Shown here: piece after piece, positions 30,988-40,680 of the stretch
Numbering within the stretch: the first letter of the stretch is position 1
Layout: every line of letters begins with the position of its first letter
Source: Candidatus Latescibacterota bacterium
Lineage (GTDB): Bacteria; Latescibacterota; UBA2968
Assembly: GCA_965222605.1 (NCBI GenBank)
Contig: OZ244960.1
Location: 3,296,001-3,360,000 of the forward strand
Direction: 5' to 3'
Length of the DNA stretch: 64,000 nt
Notes under the pieces: generated by a model
Told to the model about the DNA's origin: nothing
What the model saw: the letters and a program-made list of their open reading frames with translations, nothing else
Database searches by the model: none
Translations under genes and position numbers: made by a program

Positions 30988-33714
30988 ATGCGTTCCAGAT
31001 ATTTTTTTCTTTTACTTTGTCTTTTGCCGATGCACGCACTGGCAAGTTCGCCGGCATATCAAAAGGTCACCGATGTTTCGCTTGCGGGCGCGCTTGCTCT
31101 CCAGCACTATCGCCTCGCCAATGGTCTTCAGGTTGCGATTGTCGAGGACGATACCCGACCTGTTGTGACGTGTTATATCGCCTATCGCGTGGGGTCTGTT
31201 CACGAAGCACCTGGCCGGCAGGGCATGGCACATCTGGCCGAGCACCTCGCGCTGGATCGCTCATTTTTAGAATCGCTCTATCTTTTGGGCGCGCCACATG
31301 CCAATGCCAGCACGTCGAAAGATGGCACAAAATATTATGCGACTGTTCCCAAAGCGCAATTGGATACGCTGATTGCCTATTTTGCGCGCGGTATGACACA
31401 TTTTGATGTTTCGCAGGAAGAATTCGATCTCGAAAAAGAGGTGGTTCTGGCCGAATGGGCGAAAGATGCTCGAAATCCGCGTGATCTTCTTGCTAAAAAA
31501 CTTCATGCCCGCATGTTTGCAGGGCATCCCTATCAGTACGGTGTTTTGGGTCATCGAGATACGATTGAGACTTTTACTCTGAAGCAAGCGATCGCATTTC
31601 ACAAGCGTTATTACGTGCCGAATAATGCATGTCTTGCAATTGTCGGCGATGTGAAAGGGACTGATATTTTGCCTGTTATAGTTCAAAATTTTGGAGAGAT
31701 TCCGAAGCGCGAGGGGTTTATTCACGACGATATTGATACGCTGGATGTCGCGTCTGTACCCCAGGATTCCATGCAATCTACAACTGCGCTACATTCTTCT
31801 GTTTGGGGCGTTTGGCATATTCCAATAGATACACATCCAGACTCTTATCCTTTGTATTTGTTTGACCTATCTCTTTTTGAAGGTGAATATTCTCTTGTTC
31901 GTCAAAGACTAATTGGCTCGGGAAAGGTTCTTGGAGTAAATTCCCATTTTCTCAATATGCGCTATAAAGGGCTATTTTATTTTTATGCCGATTTACCTTC
32001 GGATGCGCGTTATAAGCCTGTGGTTTCGGCCATGCGACAAATTATTCAAACGGCTGTCGATTCTTTGTCTGAGGAGAATCTTTTGCTGGCGAGAAATGAA
32101 GCGCGTAAGATTTTATATCGCACGATAACGAGTCAGACCCGTCTGGCAAATATGATCTCTTCTGGATTCATTCGCACCAATGATCCTGCCCATCGTCTCA
32201 AGTGGATGCAGACTCTCGATGAGATTACTGTGGCGGATGTCAAGCGGGTGGCGAAGCAATATCTTTTGGACCAGCCTCCCCACACCTTTGTCCTGTACAC
32301 TTCTCCGAAGCGAGTATCATCGTGGCGCGTGTGGCTTTATGTGAGCATTGTGTTGGTTCTCGTGGGCCTGGGGGGATGCTGGTATTGGCGACGGCGAGCA
32401 CTTGCAGTTGGATTATTTGCAGTCCTTTGCAATATTTCGGCAGCAGAGGCAGAGATTCCCAATCACAAGCTGTATTACGTGCAAGATGCGCGCGTGCCGC
32501 AAACACGGCTTTCAATGGTGTATTATACAGGGGGGGATCTGCGGGAGACAATGGAGACGCGCGGTTTGTCCTTTGCTTTTTTTCGCCTGAATGATTTGGC
32601 GTTACACGAGGACGATAAAAAACAGATGGATCGACTTGGCGCAGAGTTCTGGTTCAATATTTCTGACCGATATGTCACCGTTCGCTTGACGGTGTTTAGT
32701 GAAAATTTTGAGGCGGCTTTGAGACATCTGAAAGCGATGATGGAAGATCTCAAATTCTCTGAAGAACTGCTGAACAGGGAACGGACGCGGATCATAGACG
32801 ATTTTGAGGATTATATTGATGACCGTGGGGTAACAGAGATTTTTCGCTATCATTTGTACAAATACGACAGGGACCGGCGAGAGGGCACGCGCACGGCACT
32901 TGAAAATTTGACTGTGGAAGACTTGCAACAATTTTGGGATCAAACCTTGCGCGCAAGAGTCCTTTTTTTTAGAGTGACGTCCGATCTGAGTAAATCGGAA
33001 ATTGAACGCAGTTTGCGCGTGATGACGCATAACCGACCTCGAGATGGTTTTTCGCCACATCTTCGGCCAAGACGCAAAGAGATTAAGGGTATGCGCGCTT
33101 TAATTTATCTAAGTGTCCATCTGGCTAATTTTTGCTATTGGATAACCAATGGCTTGCCCCGCACACACGAGGATTGGTTTGCACAAGTGGTTTTGGTCAA
33201 TGCACTGAACCGCCTGTTGTTCATTCGGCTTCGCGACCAAAAGGGCTGGTGTTATTCGGCTGGCGTGAGTATTGACGAAAGGACGTCGCCGCCAATACTG
33301 CGTTTTTGGGCAGATCCTCGAGATATTCATACCTCTAAGCTTATTCCCGAGATGTTTCGGTTGATTCACCATTGTTTGTCTGAGCCAGATTTTTGGGCGC
33401 AGGTGGAGAAAGGTCGCGAAAGACTCAAGCGGGCGTATCATTTGCAACTCGGTCCGCAGGCCAGGCTCAGTCAGCAGGTGCGCTATGACCGCGATGGGGT
33501 GCCCGTTCTTTCGCTGGAGGAATACGAATCGGCTGTTGATCGGGTGACGAAAGAGGATATTCGCCGCGTTTTCGAAAGAATGTTAAACGGTCAGACCAAA
33601 TTGCCATTGCTGATGCTTATTTACGGGGATGCTGACAGTATTAAGGACGTGTTGAGGCACGAGGATATTAAGGCGAGGACGACGATTTTTGATATCCAAA
33701 CTCTGATTGAGTGA
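30988..33714 (+). CDS. M16 (insulinase/pitrilysin) zinc peptidase, fused two-module form
   Basis: Signal peptide, LANGL, GMAHLAEH (HxxEH), NAST, HPY, YYVPNN; second module lacks HxxEH. Confidence 0.82.
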   Translation: MRSRYFFLLLCLLPMHALASSPAYQKVTDVSLAGALALQHYRLANGLQVAIVEDDTRPVVTCYIAYRVGSVHEAPGRQGMAHLAEHLALDRSFLESLYLLGAPHANASTSKDGTKYYATVPKAQLDTLIAYFARGMTHFDVSQEEFDLEKEVVLAEWAKDARNPRDLLAKKLHARMFAGHPYQYGVLGHRDTIETFTLKQAIAFHKRYYVPNNACLAIVGDVKGTDILPVIVQNFGEIPKREGFIHDDIDTLDVASVPQDSMQSTTALHSSVWGVWHIPIDTHPDSYPLYLFDLSLFEGEYSLVRQRLIGSGKVLGVNSHFLNMRYKGLFYFYADLPSDARYKPVVSAMRQIIQTAVDSLSEENLLLARNEARKILYRTITSQTRLANMISSGFIRTNDPAHRLKWMQTLDEITVADVKRVAKQYLLDQPPHTFVLYTSPKRVSSWRVWLYVSIVLVLVGLGGCWYWRRRALAVGLFAVLCNISAAEAEIPNHKLYYVQDARVPQTRLSMVYYTGGDLRETMETRGLSFAFFRLNDLALHEDDKKQMDRLGAEFWFNISDRYVTVRLTVFSENFEAALRHLKAMMEDLKFSEELLNRERTRIIDDFEDYIDDRGVTEIFRYHLYKYDRDRREGTRTALENLTVEDLQQFWDQTLRARVLFFRVTSDLSKSEIERSLRVMTHNRPRDGFSPHLRPRRKEIKGMRALIYLSVHLANFCYWITNGLPRTHEDWFAQVVLVNALNRLLFIRLRDQKGWCYSAGVSIDERTSPPILRFWADPRDIHTSKLIPEMFRLIHHCLSEPDFWAQVEKGRERLKRAYHLQLGPQARLSQQVRYDRDGVPVLSLEEYESAVDRVTKEDIRRVFERMLNGQTKLPLLMLIYGDADSIKDVLRHEDIKARTTIFDIQTLIE

Positions 33715-33772
33715 TGAAATAATTTTCTTTTATACTCTTGACCTTATTTTTGAAGTTGGCTATGTTCTATAT

Positions 33773-33848
33773 GCCGCGGGTTGCCTCCTATCTCTATTTA
33801 TTACCTCCCTCCCGATAAATAGAGTGCTGTTGGCAGCCCGCTTTTTTA
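33773..33848 (+). ncRNA. candidate ~75-nt sRNA with CCUCCCUCCC loop
   Basis: TTGACC(33738)-N17-TATGTT(33761); 10-bp outer stem, 10-bp inner stem, U6 tail. Confidence 0.6.
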
Positions 33849-33883
33849 TTGACAGGGTTATTTTCGGAATTTATTTTGAGTTC

Positions 33884-33934
33884 GCAGTAGAAGCCTTTGA
33901 GGGTGTCGGGAGGGAGCCCTCGAAGGTTTTTTTT
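33884..33934 (+). ncRNA. candidate ~50-nt sRNA with GGGAGGGA loop
   Basis: TTGACA(33849)-N17-TATTTT(33872); ~13-bp stem with three G-U pairs on the plus strand, U8 tail. Confidence 0.5.
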
Positions 33935-34006
33935 ATGCTTCACGCGATTGTCAGCGGTTTCCGCTTGGTTGGCAGTCCAATAAGTGAGGAAATGGCGATG
34001 AAGATC

Positions 34007-34031
34007 AACTCCCCGAGTGGGAGTTTTTTTT
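34007..34031 (+). terminator. intrinsic terminator
   Basis: AACTCCC/GGGAGTT stem followed by a T-run. Confidence 0.65.
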
Positions 34032-34033
34032 AT

Positions 34034-34079
34034 AAAAATAAAAAAGAGGCGCCGGTTGGGAGGGTATAACCAACGCCTC
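34034..34079 (-). ncRNA. minus-strand hairpin/terminator with AUACCCUCCC loop
   Basis: GAGGCGUUGGUU/AACCGGCGCCUC stem (G-U only on the minus strand) followed by a U-rich tail. Confidence 0.45.
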
Positions 34080-34323
34080 AAGGGATGTTGCATGGTAACA
34101 CATTAGACGCATATACGCGGAAAAGAGTTCCAAGAAAGAGTAACGGCGTTGACTCAGCCGGGGTATAGGAGTCAACGCCGATATTTTTGCGACACGCTTT
34201 GTCGCATAGACTTTTACGCCGTAAGGGTTGGAAAAGTTCCCGAATGGCGTGATTTTTTATTCGCTCCAGCAAGTGACTGTGTACTTTTATCTCAGAGTAT
34301 TCCGCTATATATTGTTGGGTTAG

Positions 34324-34836
34324 GTGATGGACTGGCAGACGGCAGGTACTTTGCCCTGGCATATTGTGTTGCTGATTGGTGGGGGATTTGCGCTGGCAAG
34401 CGGGTTTAAGGAGTCGGGGTTGTCGCTCTGGTGCGCCCAGCAGTTGGAGAGTCTGGGTAGCGTACATCCTCTATTTTTGGTCGGTGGTTTGTGTGTGATG
34501 ATGACCTTTTTGACTGAGTTGACTTCCAATACGGCGACAGCAGAGATGTTTCTTCCGGTTTTGGCGGCGTTATCTGTGGCTGTGGGTATCAATCCATTGT
34601 TGCTGATGATTCCCGCCACGTTATCGTGCTCTTGTGCGTTTATGTTGCCGGTAGCTACCCCACCCAATGCGATTGTGTTTGGCACGGATAGAATTTCTAT
34701 GCGCGATATGGCGCGTGTGGGCGTGGTGTTGAATGTGGTTGGGGCGGTGATGATTACTGCTGCGATTGCTGTTGTTGGTCGCGTTGTGCTGGGTATTGAA
34801 GTTGGGGTGATGCCCGATTGGGCGAAGATAGAGTAG
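34324..34836 (+). pseudogene. 5'-truncated SLC13/DASS Na+:anion symporter (C-terminal third only)
   Basis: Begins mid-protein at DW...LPWHIVLLIGGGFALA; TELTSNTAT, AFMLPVATPPNAIVFG; upstream DNA is non-coding hairpins. Confidence 0.7.
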
Positions 34837-34853
34837 GGGTGCGAGAGGCAGAG

Positions 34854-36629
34854 TCAATCTGCGACCTGCGGCTCGCGGGTTGCAACTCGTGGCAGGATTT
34901 CCCCATTGCGCGTGAGGTCTTGCGCTTGAACCAGGCGCGCATAGAGGCCGCCGCGGTCTATGAGGGAACTGTGGTTGCCCGTTTCGACTACGCGGCCTTC
35001 GTCGAGTACAGCAATGGTGGGTGACCGGCGCACGGTGGATAGGCGGTGGGCGATGACGAGGGTGGTGCGGTTTTGTGTGAGGCGATAAAGGGCTTCCTGG
35101 ATAAGTGCTTCGGTTTCAACGTCAACAGAGGATGTGGCTTCGTCAAGGATGAGGATGGGGGCGTTCTTAAGCAGTGCTCGGGCAATGGAGAGGCGTTGTT
35201 TTTCACCGCCGGACAAGCGCACGCCGCGTTCTCCAACGACGGTGTCATATCCTTTGGGCAGGTCGCGGATAAAGGCATGGGCATTGGCTGCTTGCGCGGC
35301 TTCTCGCACCGTGCGTTCGGTTGCATCTGGATGACCGAAGATCAGATTTTCATATACTGTGCCGTGAAATAAGAAGACGTCTTGAAGGACTGAGGCGATG
35401 TTTTGGCGCACAAAAGAGAGGGGCAGATCGCGCAGGTCATATCCGCCAATGCGAATCGCGCCTTGCTGGGGGTCATAAAATCGGGGTAAGAGGTTGGCAA
35501 GGGTTGATTTGCCCGCTCCCGTAGGTCCGACGAGTGCGAGGATATCTCCTTCGTCAATGTACAGGTTGATGTCGTGCAAGACGGGTGTGTTGGGATCATA
35601 GCCGAAGGTGAGTGCGTCGATGTTGATATCATAGGTGATGGTTTTGGGCACGGCGACACCTGGCACATCGGTAATTTCCGGACGGATGGCGAGGAGTTGA
35701 AAAACGCGGTCTGTGCTGGCGGCGGCTTTTTGAAGGACATCGTTAAAAGATGCCAATTGCAAAAAAGGCTGGTAGATGTGGCCCATATAGACAATAAAGA
35801 CAAATAGATCAGCTACCGAGATGCTGTCATTGAGGGCCATGTTGCCACCGCTCCAGATGACGAATACAATGCCCAATCCGCCTGTGGCTTCGATGATGCC
35901 AGCGGGCAGGAGCGAGACGATGTTGGCTTTGATCAAACGGTCGTGAAAGGTGGCGCTGCGGTGGGTCACCTGGCGGGCGCATTCCCGCTCGCGGGCAAAT
36001 GATTTGATGACGGCAATGCCGGATATGTTATCTTGCACGAGGGCGGCGAGTTCAGAGAGACGCTCGCGCACTGCATGCCACATGGCGCGCACTTTGGATA
36101 CATAGCGATATACGAGAAATGCCGTGAGCGGAATGGGCAATATCGCGATGATGGCGAGTTCTGGATTGAGGTAAAAGAGCACTGCGACCATGGATATGGG
36201 GATAACCGTGGCGAGTGCGGTTTCGGGAATGCCGTGTGCAATAAAGTCTTCGATGGCTTCGATGTCGTTGATGGAGCGGGCCATGAGATTGCCGGTGCGC
36301 TGGCGATTGAAAAAGCTGTGGGATAGGTTTTGCAGGTGCTTATACACGCGCGTCATAAGTGCGTGCATCACGCGATAGGCGGTGACGTGGGAAAAGAAGC
36401 CGTAACCATAACGAGAGACGCCGCGAAGCAGGTAAACCCCAAGTAGTAAGAGGCTGATTTCCATGAGGTCCCCTACGGGTTTTGCTTCGGTGAGCCACTG
36501 GATGAGTTTGCGAATGAGCAATGGTGGGATAAGATTGGCCGCCGCAAAGATAAGTCCACAGGCGATGCAGCAGGCCATAAAGAGACGCCGACCTTCGAGC
36601 AGGTCGTAGATTTGTTTGATAAAGGCCAT
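34854..36629 (-). CDS. ABC exporter, fused permease/ATPase (MsbA-like)
   Basis: TMD plus GPTGAGKS, LSGGEKQR, ILDEATS, IAHRLST. Confidence 0.93.
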   Translation of the reverse strand: MAFIKQIYDLLEGRRLFMACCIACGLIFAAANLIPPLLIRKLIQWLTEAKPVGDLMEISLLLLGVYLLRGVSRYGYGFFSHVTAYRVMHALMTRVYKHLQNLSHSFFNRQRTGNLMARSINDIEAIEDFIAHGIPETALATVIPISMVAVLFYLNPELAIIAILPIPLTAFLVYRYVSKVRAMWHAVRERLSELAALVQDNISGIAVIKSFARERECARQVTHRSATFHDRLIKANIVSLLPAGIIEATGGLGIVFVIWSGGNMALNDSISVADLFVFIVYMGHIYQPFLQLASFNDVLQKAAASTDRVFQLLAIRPEITDVPGVAVPKTITYDINIDALTFGYDPNTPVLHDINLYIDEGDILALVGPTGAGKSTLANLLPRFYDPQQGAIRIGGYDLRDLPLSFVRQNIASVLQDVFLFHGTVYENLIFGHPDATERTVREAAQAANAHAFIRDLPKGYDTVVGERGVRLSGGEKQRLSIARALLKNAPILILDEATSSVDVETEALIQEALYRLTQNRTTLVIAHRLSTVRRSPTIAVLDEGRVVETGNHSSLIDRGGLYARLVQAQDLTRNGEILPRVATREPQVAD

Positions 36630-36707
36630 AAATTTGTTGTGGTTTGAGGTTTGTTATGGTTGTGGCCCAAACCTATTATCTGATGGCATAGAAGTCAAGA
36701 GAATAGA

Positions 36708-37730
36708 ATGGAGAGAATGACAATGGTGATTAAAACAGAAGAAGAATTGATCGATCAGATGACAACCCCATCACCCGAGGTTGTCGAGGCGGTGTCGAAA
36801 CTGGATGGTCCCGTGATGATTTTGGGCATTGCGGGAAAGATGGGACCGACTTTAGCAGAGTTGGTGCTGCGCGCTGGCGCAGATGAAGTGATTGGTGTGT
36901 CGCGGTTTTCCAATCCGCTGGATCGCGATGATTTGGAAGCGCGGGGTATTGCGACGATCAAGTGCGATTTGCTGGACGATGAGGGTCTGGCGCGGTTGCC
37001 TCGCGTGCCGTATCTGTATTTGATGGCCGGGCATAAGTTTGGGGCAACGGGCAATGAGCCTTTAACCTGGGCGATGAATGCGGTATTGCCCGCAAAAGTT
37101 ATGCGGCGGTTTCCAGATTCGCGCATTGTTTATGTATCTTCTGGGAATGTTTACGAATTTGCTTCGGTGACGGGTTCGGGTGCTCGAGAGGAGGATGCTG
37201 TCAATCCGATTGGCGAATACGCCATGTCCAGGCTGGGCGGTGAACGGCTTGCCGAGTTTTATTGCAAAGAGAATCAAACACCTCTGGCAATTGTGCGTTT
37301 GTTTTACGCGACTGAGTTGCGCTATGGCATTATTTTGGATATTGCCGAAAAAATAAAATCTGAGATGCCTATTGATTTATCTATGGGTCATGTCAACCAG
37401 ATCTGGCAGGGCGATGCCAATGCGTATTTGGCGCAGATGTTTCCGCTTTGTGCATGTCCCGCACGGGTGGTGAATATGACGGGTAGGGATGTGTTGTCGG
37501 TGCGCGATTTGGCTTTGCAAATAGGTGAGCATATCGGTATTGACCCCGTGTTTGAAGGAGAAGAGCGCGAGACGGCACTGTTGGGCGATGCTGGGGTGCT
37601 GATTGAGGAGATGGGTGCGCCGCGGGTTCCGGTTGAAGAAATTGTCTCGTGGGTTGCACACTGGGTTATGAGCGATGGACGCACGCTGGGTAAACCGACA
37701 AAATACGAGTCGAGGACAGGGAAATTTTAA
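36708..37730 (+). CDS. NAD-dependent epimerase/dehydratase
   Basis: LGIAGKMG, SSGNVY, YAMSR. Confidence 0.85.
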   Translation: MERMTMVIKTEEELIDQMTTPSPEVVEAVSKLDGPVMILGIAGKMGPTLAELVLRAGADEVIGVSRFSNPLDRDDLEARGIATIKCDLLDDEGLARLPRVPYLYLMAGHKFGATGNEPLTWAMNAVLPAKVMRRFPDSRIVYVSSGNVYEFASVTGSGAREEDAVNPIGEYAMSRLGGERLAEFYCKENQTPLAIVRLFYATELRYGIILDIAEKIKSEMPIDLSMGHVNQIWQGDANAYLAQMFPLCACPARVVNMTGRDVLSVRDLALQIGEHIGIDPVFEGEERETALLGDAGVLIEEMGAPRVPVEEIVSWVAHWVMSDGRTLGKPTKYESRTGKF

Positions 37731-37756
37731 ATCTGTTATTTAAGGAGTAAAGGACC

Positions 37757-39055
37757 ATGATAAAAGCAGGGATTTCAGAGGTGAATATCACGCCGCCAGT
37801 GGGGATTTCGATGTGTGGATTTGCCGGGCGTGAAGGGCCATCTGAGGCGATACACGACGAGTTGTTTGCCAGAGCACTGGTGCTGGATGACGGCAAAACG
37901 CAGGTTGCAATTGTGGGGGCCGATGTGATCAGTTTTGCGCCGGATCTGGTCAATCGAATCCGGGAGCTAATTGAACAGTCAGTCGGGATTCCCGGGGGAC
38001 ATGTTTTGCTCAATGGGTCTCATTCCCATTCGGGACCCTCGGTGATGGCTTTCCGATGTATGGGCGACCGCGATGCAGCTTATGAAGATGTGTTGTGCCG
38101 CAAGATTGTTGGGGCAATTAAAATGGCGGTAGAAGGATTGATACCCGCATTGCTTTCGCAGGGGCGAGCGCCTGTGCGTATTGCGCATAACCGCAGAGAG
38201 ATGCGCGATGGACGCATTGTGCTGGGGCATCACCCCAGAGGTCCCGAAGCACCATGGGTTGATGTGGTGCGCGTGGATACAGCAGGCGGTGTACCTGTGG
38301 CTGTTGTATTTGCGACTGCGGCGCATCCCGTGAATTTGAATACGCTGTCGATCAGTGCAGAGTTTCCAGGATATGCCGCGCAATTTGTGCGGGATAATTT
38401 GGCAATGCCTCTGTTTTTGCAGGGGTGCTGTGGGGATATCAATTGTTCTCCAAAGGACGGGAAATTTGAGGGGTGCGAGTTGCTGGGCTCGCGTCTGGGC
38501 GCGGCAACAGTGACGGCTGCGTTACATGCCGAGAGGCTGGAGGGTGATGAGTTGGCGGTGAATAATCGAGTTGTCGAGTTGCCTCTTATGGTACCCGATG
38601 TCGATGAGGCAGAGAAAGCACTTGTAGATGCCACAGCGAATTTGCAACGCGTGCGAAGGGACAAAAATATAACGCCCTACCGACGTCGCCAACAATACGC
38701 AGGGATGGTCGGGTGGGCAAAAGATTATGTGCAGGCTGCAAGAAGAGGCGGAAGTCCAACGGAGTCGTTTGAGATTCAGACCATGCATATTGGCAATTTG
38801 GCAGTGGTGGGATACCCGGGGGAGATGTTTGTCGATTACCAGTTGTTTTTGGATGATGCTTCTCCTTGTGATAGAACGATTGCACTGGGATATACCAATG
38901 GCTGCATTGGGTATGTTCCTACTGCCGATGCCTATTCTATTGGGGGATACGAAGTCGAACAAGCTTTTAAGTATTATGGAACATTGATGATTGGTGCGGA
39001 GTGTGAAGATATGATTAAAACGACAACGGTTGATATGCTAAAAGAGAAGGCATGA
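37757..39055 (+). CDS. neutral/alkaline ceramidase-like metallohydrolase
   Basis: NITPP, HDELFARAL, SHSHSGP, HNRR, AAHP, QGCCGDIN, PGEMF, GYVPT, GGYE. Confidence 0.8.
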   Translation: MIKAGISEVNITPPVGISMCGFAGREGPSEAIHDELFARALVLDDGKTQVAIVGADVISFAPDLVNRIRELIEQSVGIPGGHVLLNGSHSHSGPSVMAFRCMGDRDAAYEDVLCRKIVGAIKMAVEGLIPALLSQGRAPVRIAHNRREMRDGRIVLGHHPRGPEAPWVDVVRVDTAGGVPVAVVFATAAHPVNLNTLSISAEFPGYAAQFVRDNLAMPLFLQGCCGDINCSPKDGKFEGCELLGSRLGAATVTAALHAERLEGDELAVNNRVVELPLMVPDVDEAEKALVDATANLQRVRRDKNITPYRRRQQYAGMVGWAKDYVQAARRGGSPTESFEIQTMHIGNLAVVGYPGEMFVDYQLFLDDASPCDRTIALGYTNGCIGYVPTADAYSIGGYEVEQAFKYYGTLMIGAECEDMIKTTTVDMLKEKA

Positions 39056-39265
39056 GTGCAATAAGTGGCTATATATTGTATAATAACGCATTTGCACCAC
39101 TTGAAATTGTAGAAAGTGCTTGACATGTGACTTGTATATTTATAGATATACTTTTTATGAGGGAATGTTTAGCTATTGGTGGTTCTCTATAAGCGCGGAT
39201 TGTATCCACACCGAAGAGCCACCACATAGCGTCAGGCCAGACCCCAGTAGCCGATTGGAGGCTCA

Positions 39266-40487
39266 ATGTATCGAAAAGTTGCCTATATGTCACCATGTTG
39301 GTCGAAAAGTTGCCTATATGATGTTGGTCGTGCTTTTTCCCCTTTCGGGATACGCGCAATCAGATATCGATATTGATTTTGATGATAACGGCGTTGTTGA
39401 TCTGCAAGATCTTTTGGCATTGACCGAGGCATTTGGTTCAAATCAAGCGCAGTATGATTTGCACCCGGATGGCGTGATTGATATCAAAGATCTTATCATT
39501 TTCGCCAGTGCTTACAATCAGGACGATAACTCTGAACCCGTTTTGCCGATTACCGAGGAGGTCGAGGAGCAAGTAGCTTCTGCTCAGGTCGAATTTTTTG
39601 AGCTTTTGACGTCGAATAGCCGGCCAAATGATCTGGCGATTGACCCTCAAGGGTATATATGGTTTACAGAGATGGGGGCCAATGCAATTGGTCGATTAGA
39701 GCCGCGCACAGATATGATTCGCCGATTTTCTTTGACCACGCCGGGTGCACAGCCACACAGTATTACCCTCGACAGCCAGGGGCACGTCTGGTTTACAGAA
39801 ATTGCCGCCAACCGCATTGGCATGTTAGACCCCTTTTCCGATGATATCCAGGAGTTCACTGTTCCGACTCCGGGCAGTCGGCCAATGAGTTTGAAATTTG
39901 ACGATCAAGGGATGCTCTGGTTTATCGAGAGTGCAGCTGATCGCATTGGCCTGTTGGATCCCGTCGCCGAGACAATAGAAGAATTTTCAATTGGCGAGCA
40001 AGATGTCACGCTCGGTTCGCTTCAGATAGATAATAGTGGGCAGGTCTGGTTCGTCGATCACGAACAAAGCCTGTTGGGTACGCTCGATCCCGATACCGAA
40101 GAGATTACGACCTTATTGCTTCCAAATGGTGGTCTTGCAATTGGGCAAATGGGATTGGATTCACAGGGGAAGGTGTGGTTTACGGATACGGATTCGACAA
40201 GGCTGGGCGTGTTTGATTCCACCACCAGACAATCGCGCTATTTCCGGTTTCCCGAAAAAGTGCAGTCTCCTTATGCTTTGGATGTCGATTCGAATGATCG
40301 CGTTTGGGTGGGTGGACAGTCGTCGGGATGGCTGGTTAGCTTTAGTTTTCAAGATACAACTTTTACGCTCTATGAGATTTCTGATGATGATGTTGATGTC
40401 GAAAACTTGCGCATTGATCGCACAGGTGTAGTCTGGATTATCGATTCAACCGGAAACCGAATTGGGCGTATTGAAACGCCTAATTAA
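39266..40487 (+). CDS. secreted Vgb-lyase-like beta-propeller with N-terminal EF-hand/dockerin-like pair; 5' end frameshifted by a duplication
   Basis: DFDDNGVVDLQD / YDLHPDGVIDIKD; repeated G-x-WFTE...NRIG-LDP blades; SD-linked ATG 39266 is out of frame with the main ORF. Confidence 0.7.
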
Positions 40488-40680
40488 CTGTTTATCCCAT
40501 CGCCAGAGGAAAATTCGGTTTTAAAGACAAGCAGGGAAGACAAAATTCAGGTTAAAGCACCCTTAATACAGGGTGCTTTTTATTTTGTTCGACCAAAAAG
40601 GCGTTGACACACCGGATGGGTCATACTACTATAATTTTTACACGCTGAAATTATACAGTAATATACTCAGGTCAACGGTT

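Noticed and set aside
33707-34467. ORFs 33707-34069, 33794-34093, 34078-34467 and 34149-34409
   Set aside because: No motifs, run through terminators and T-tracts; region is better explained as non-coding
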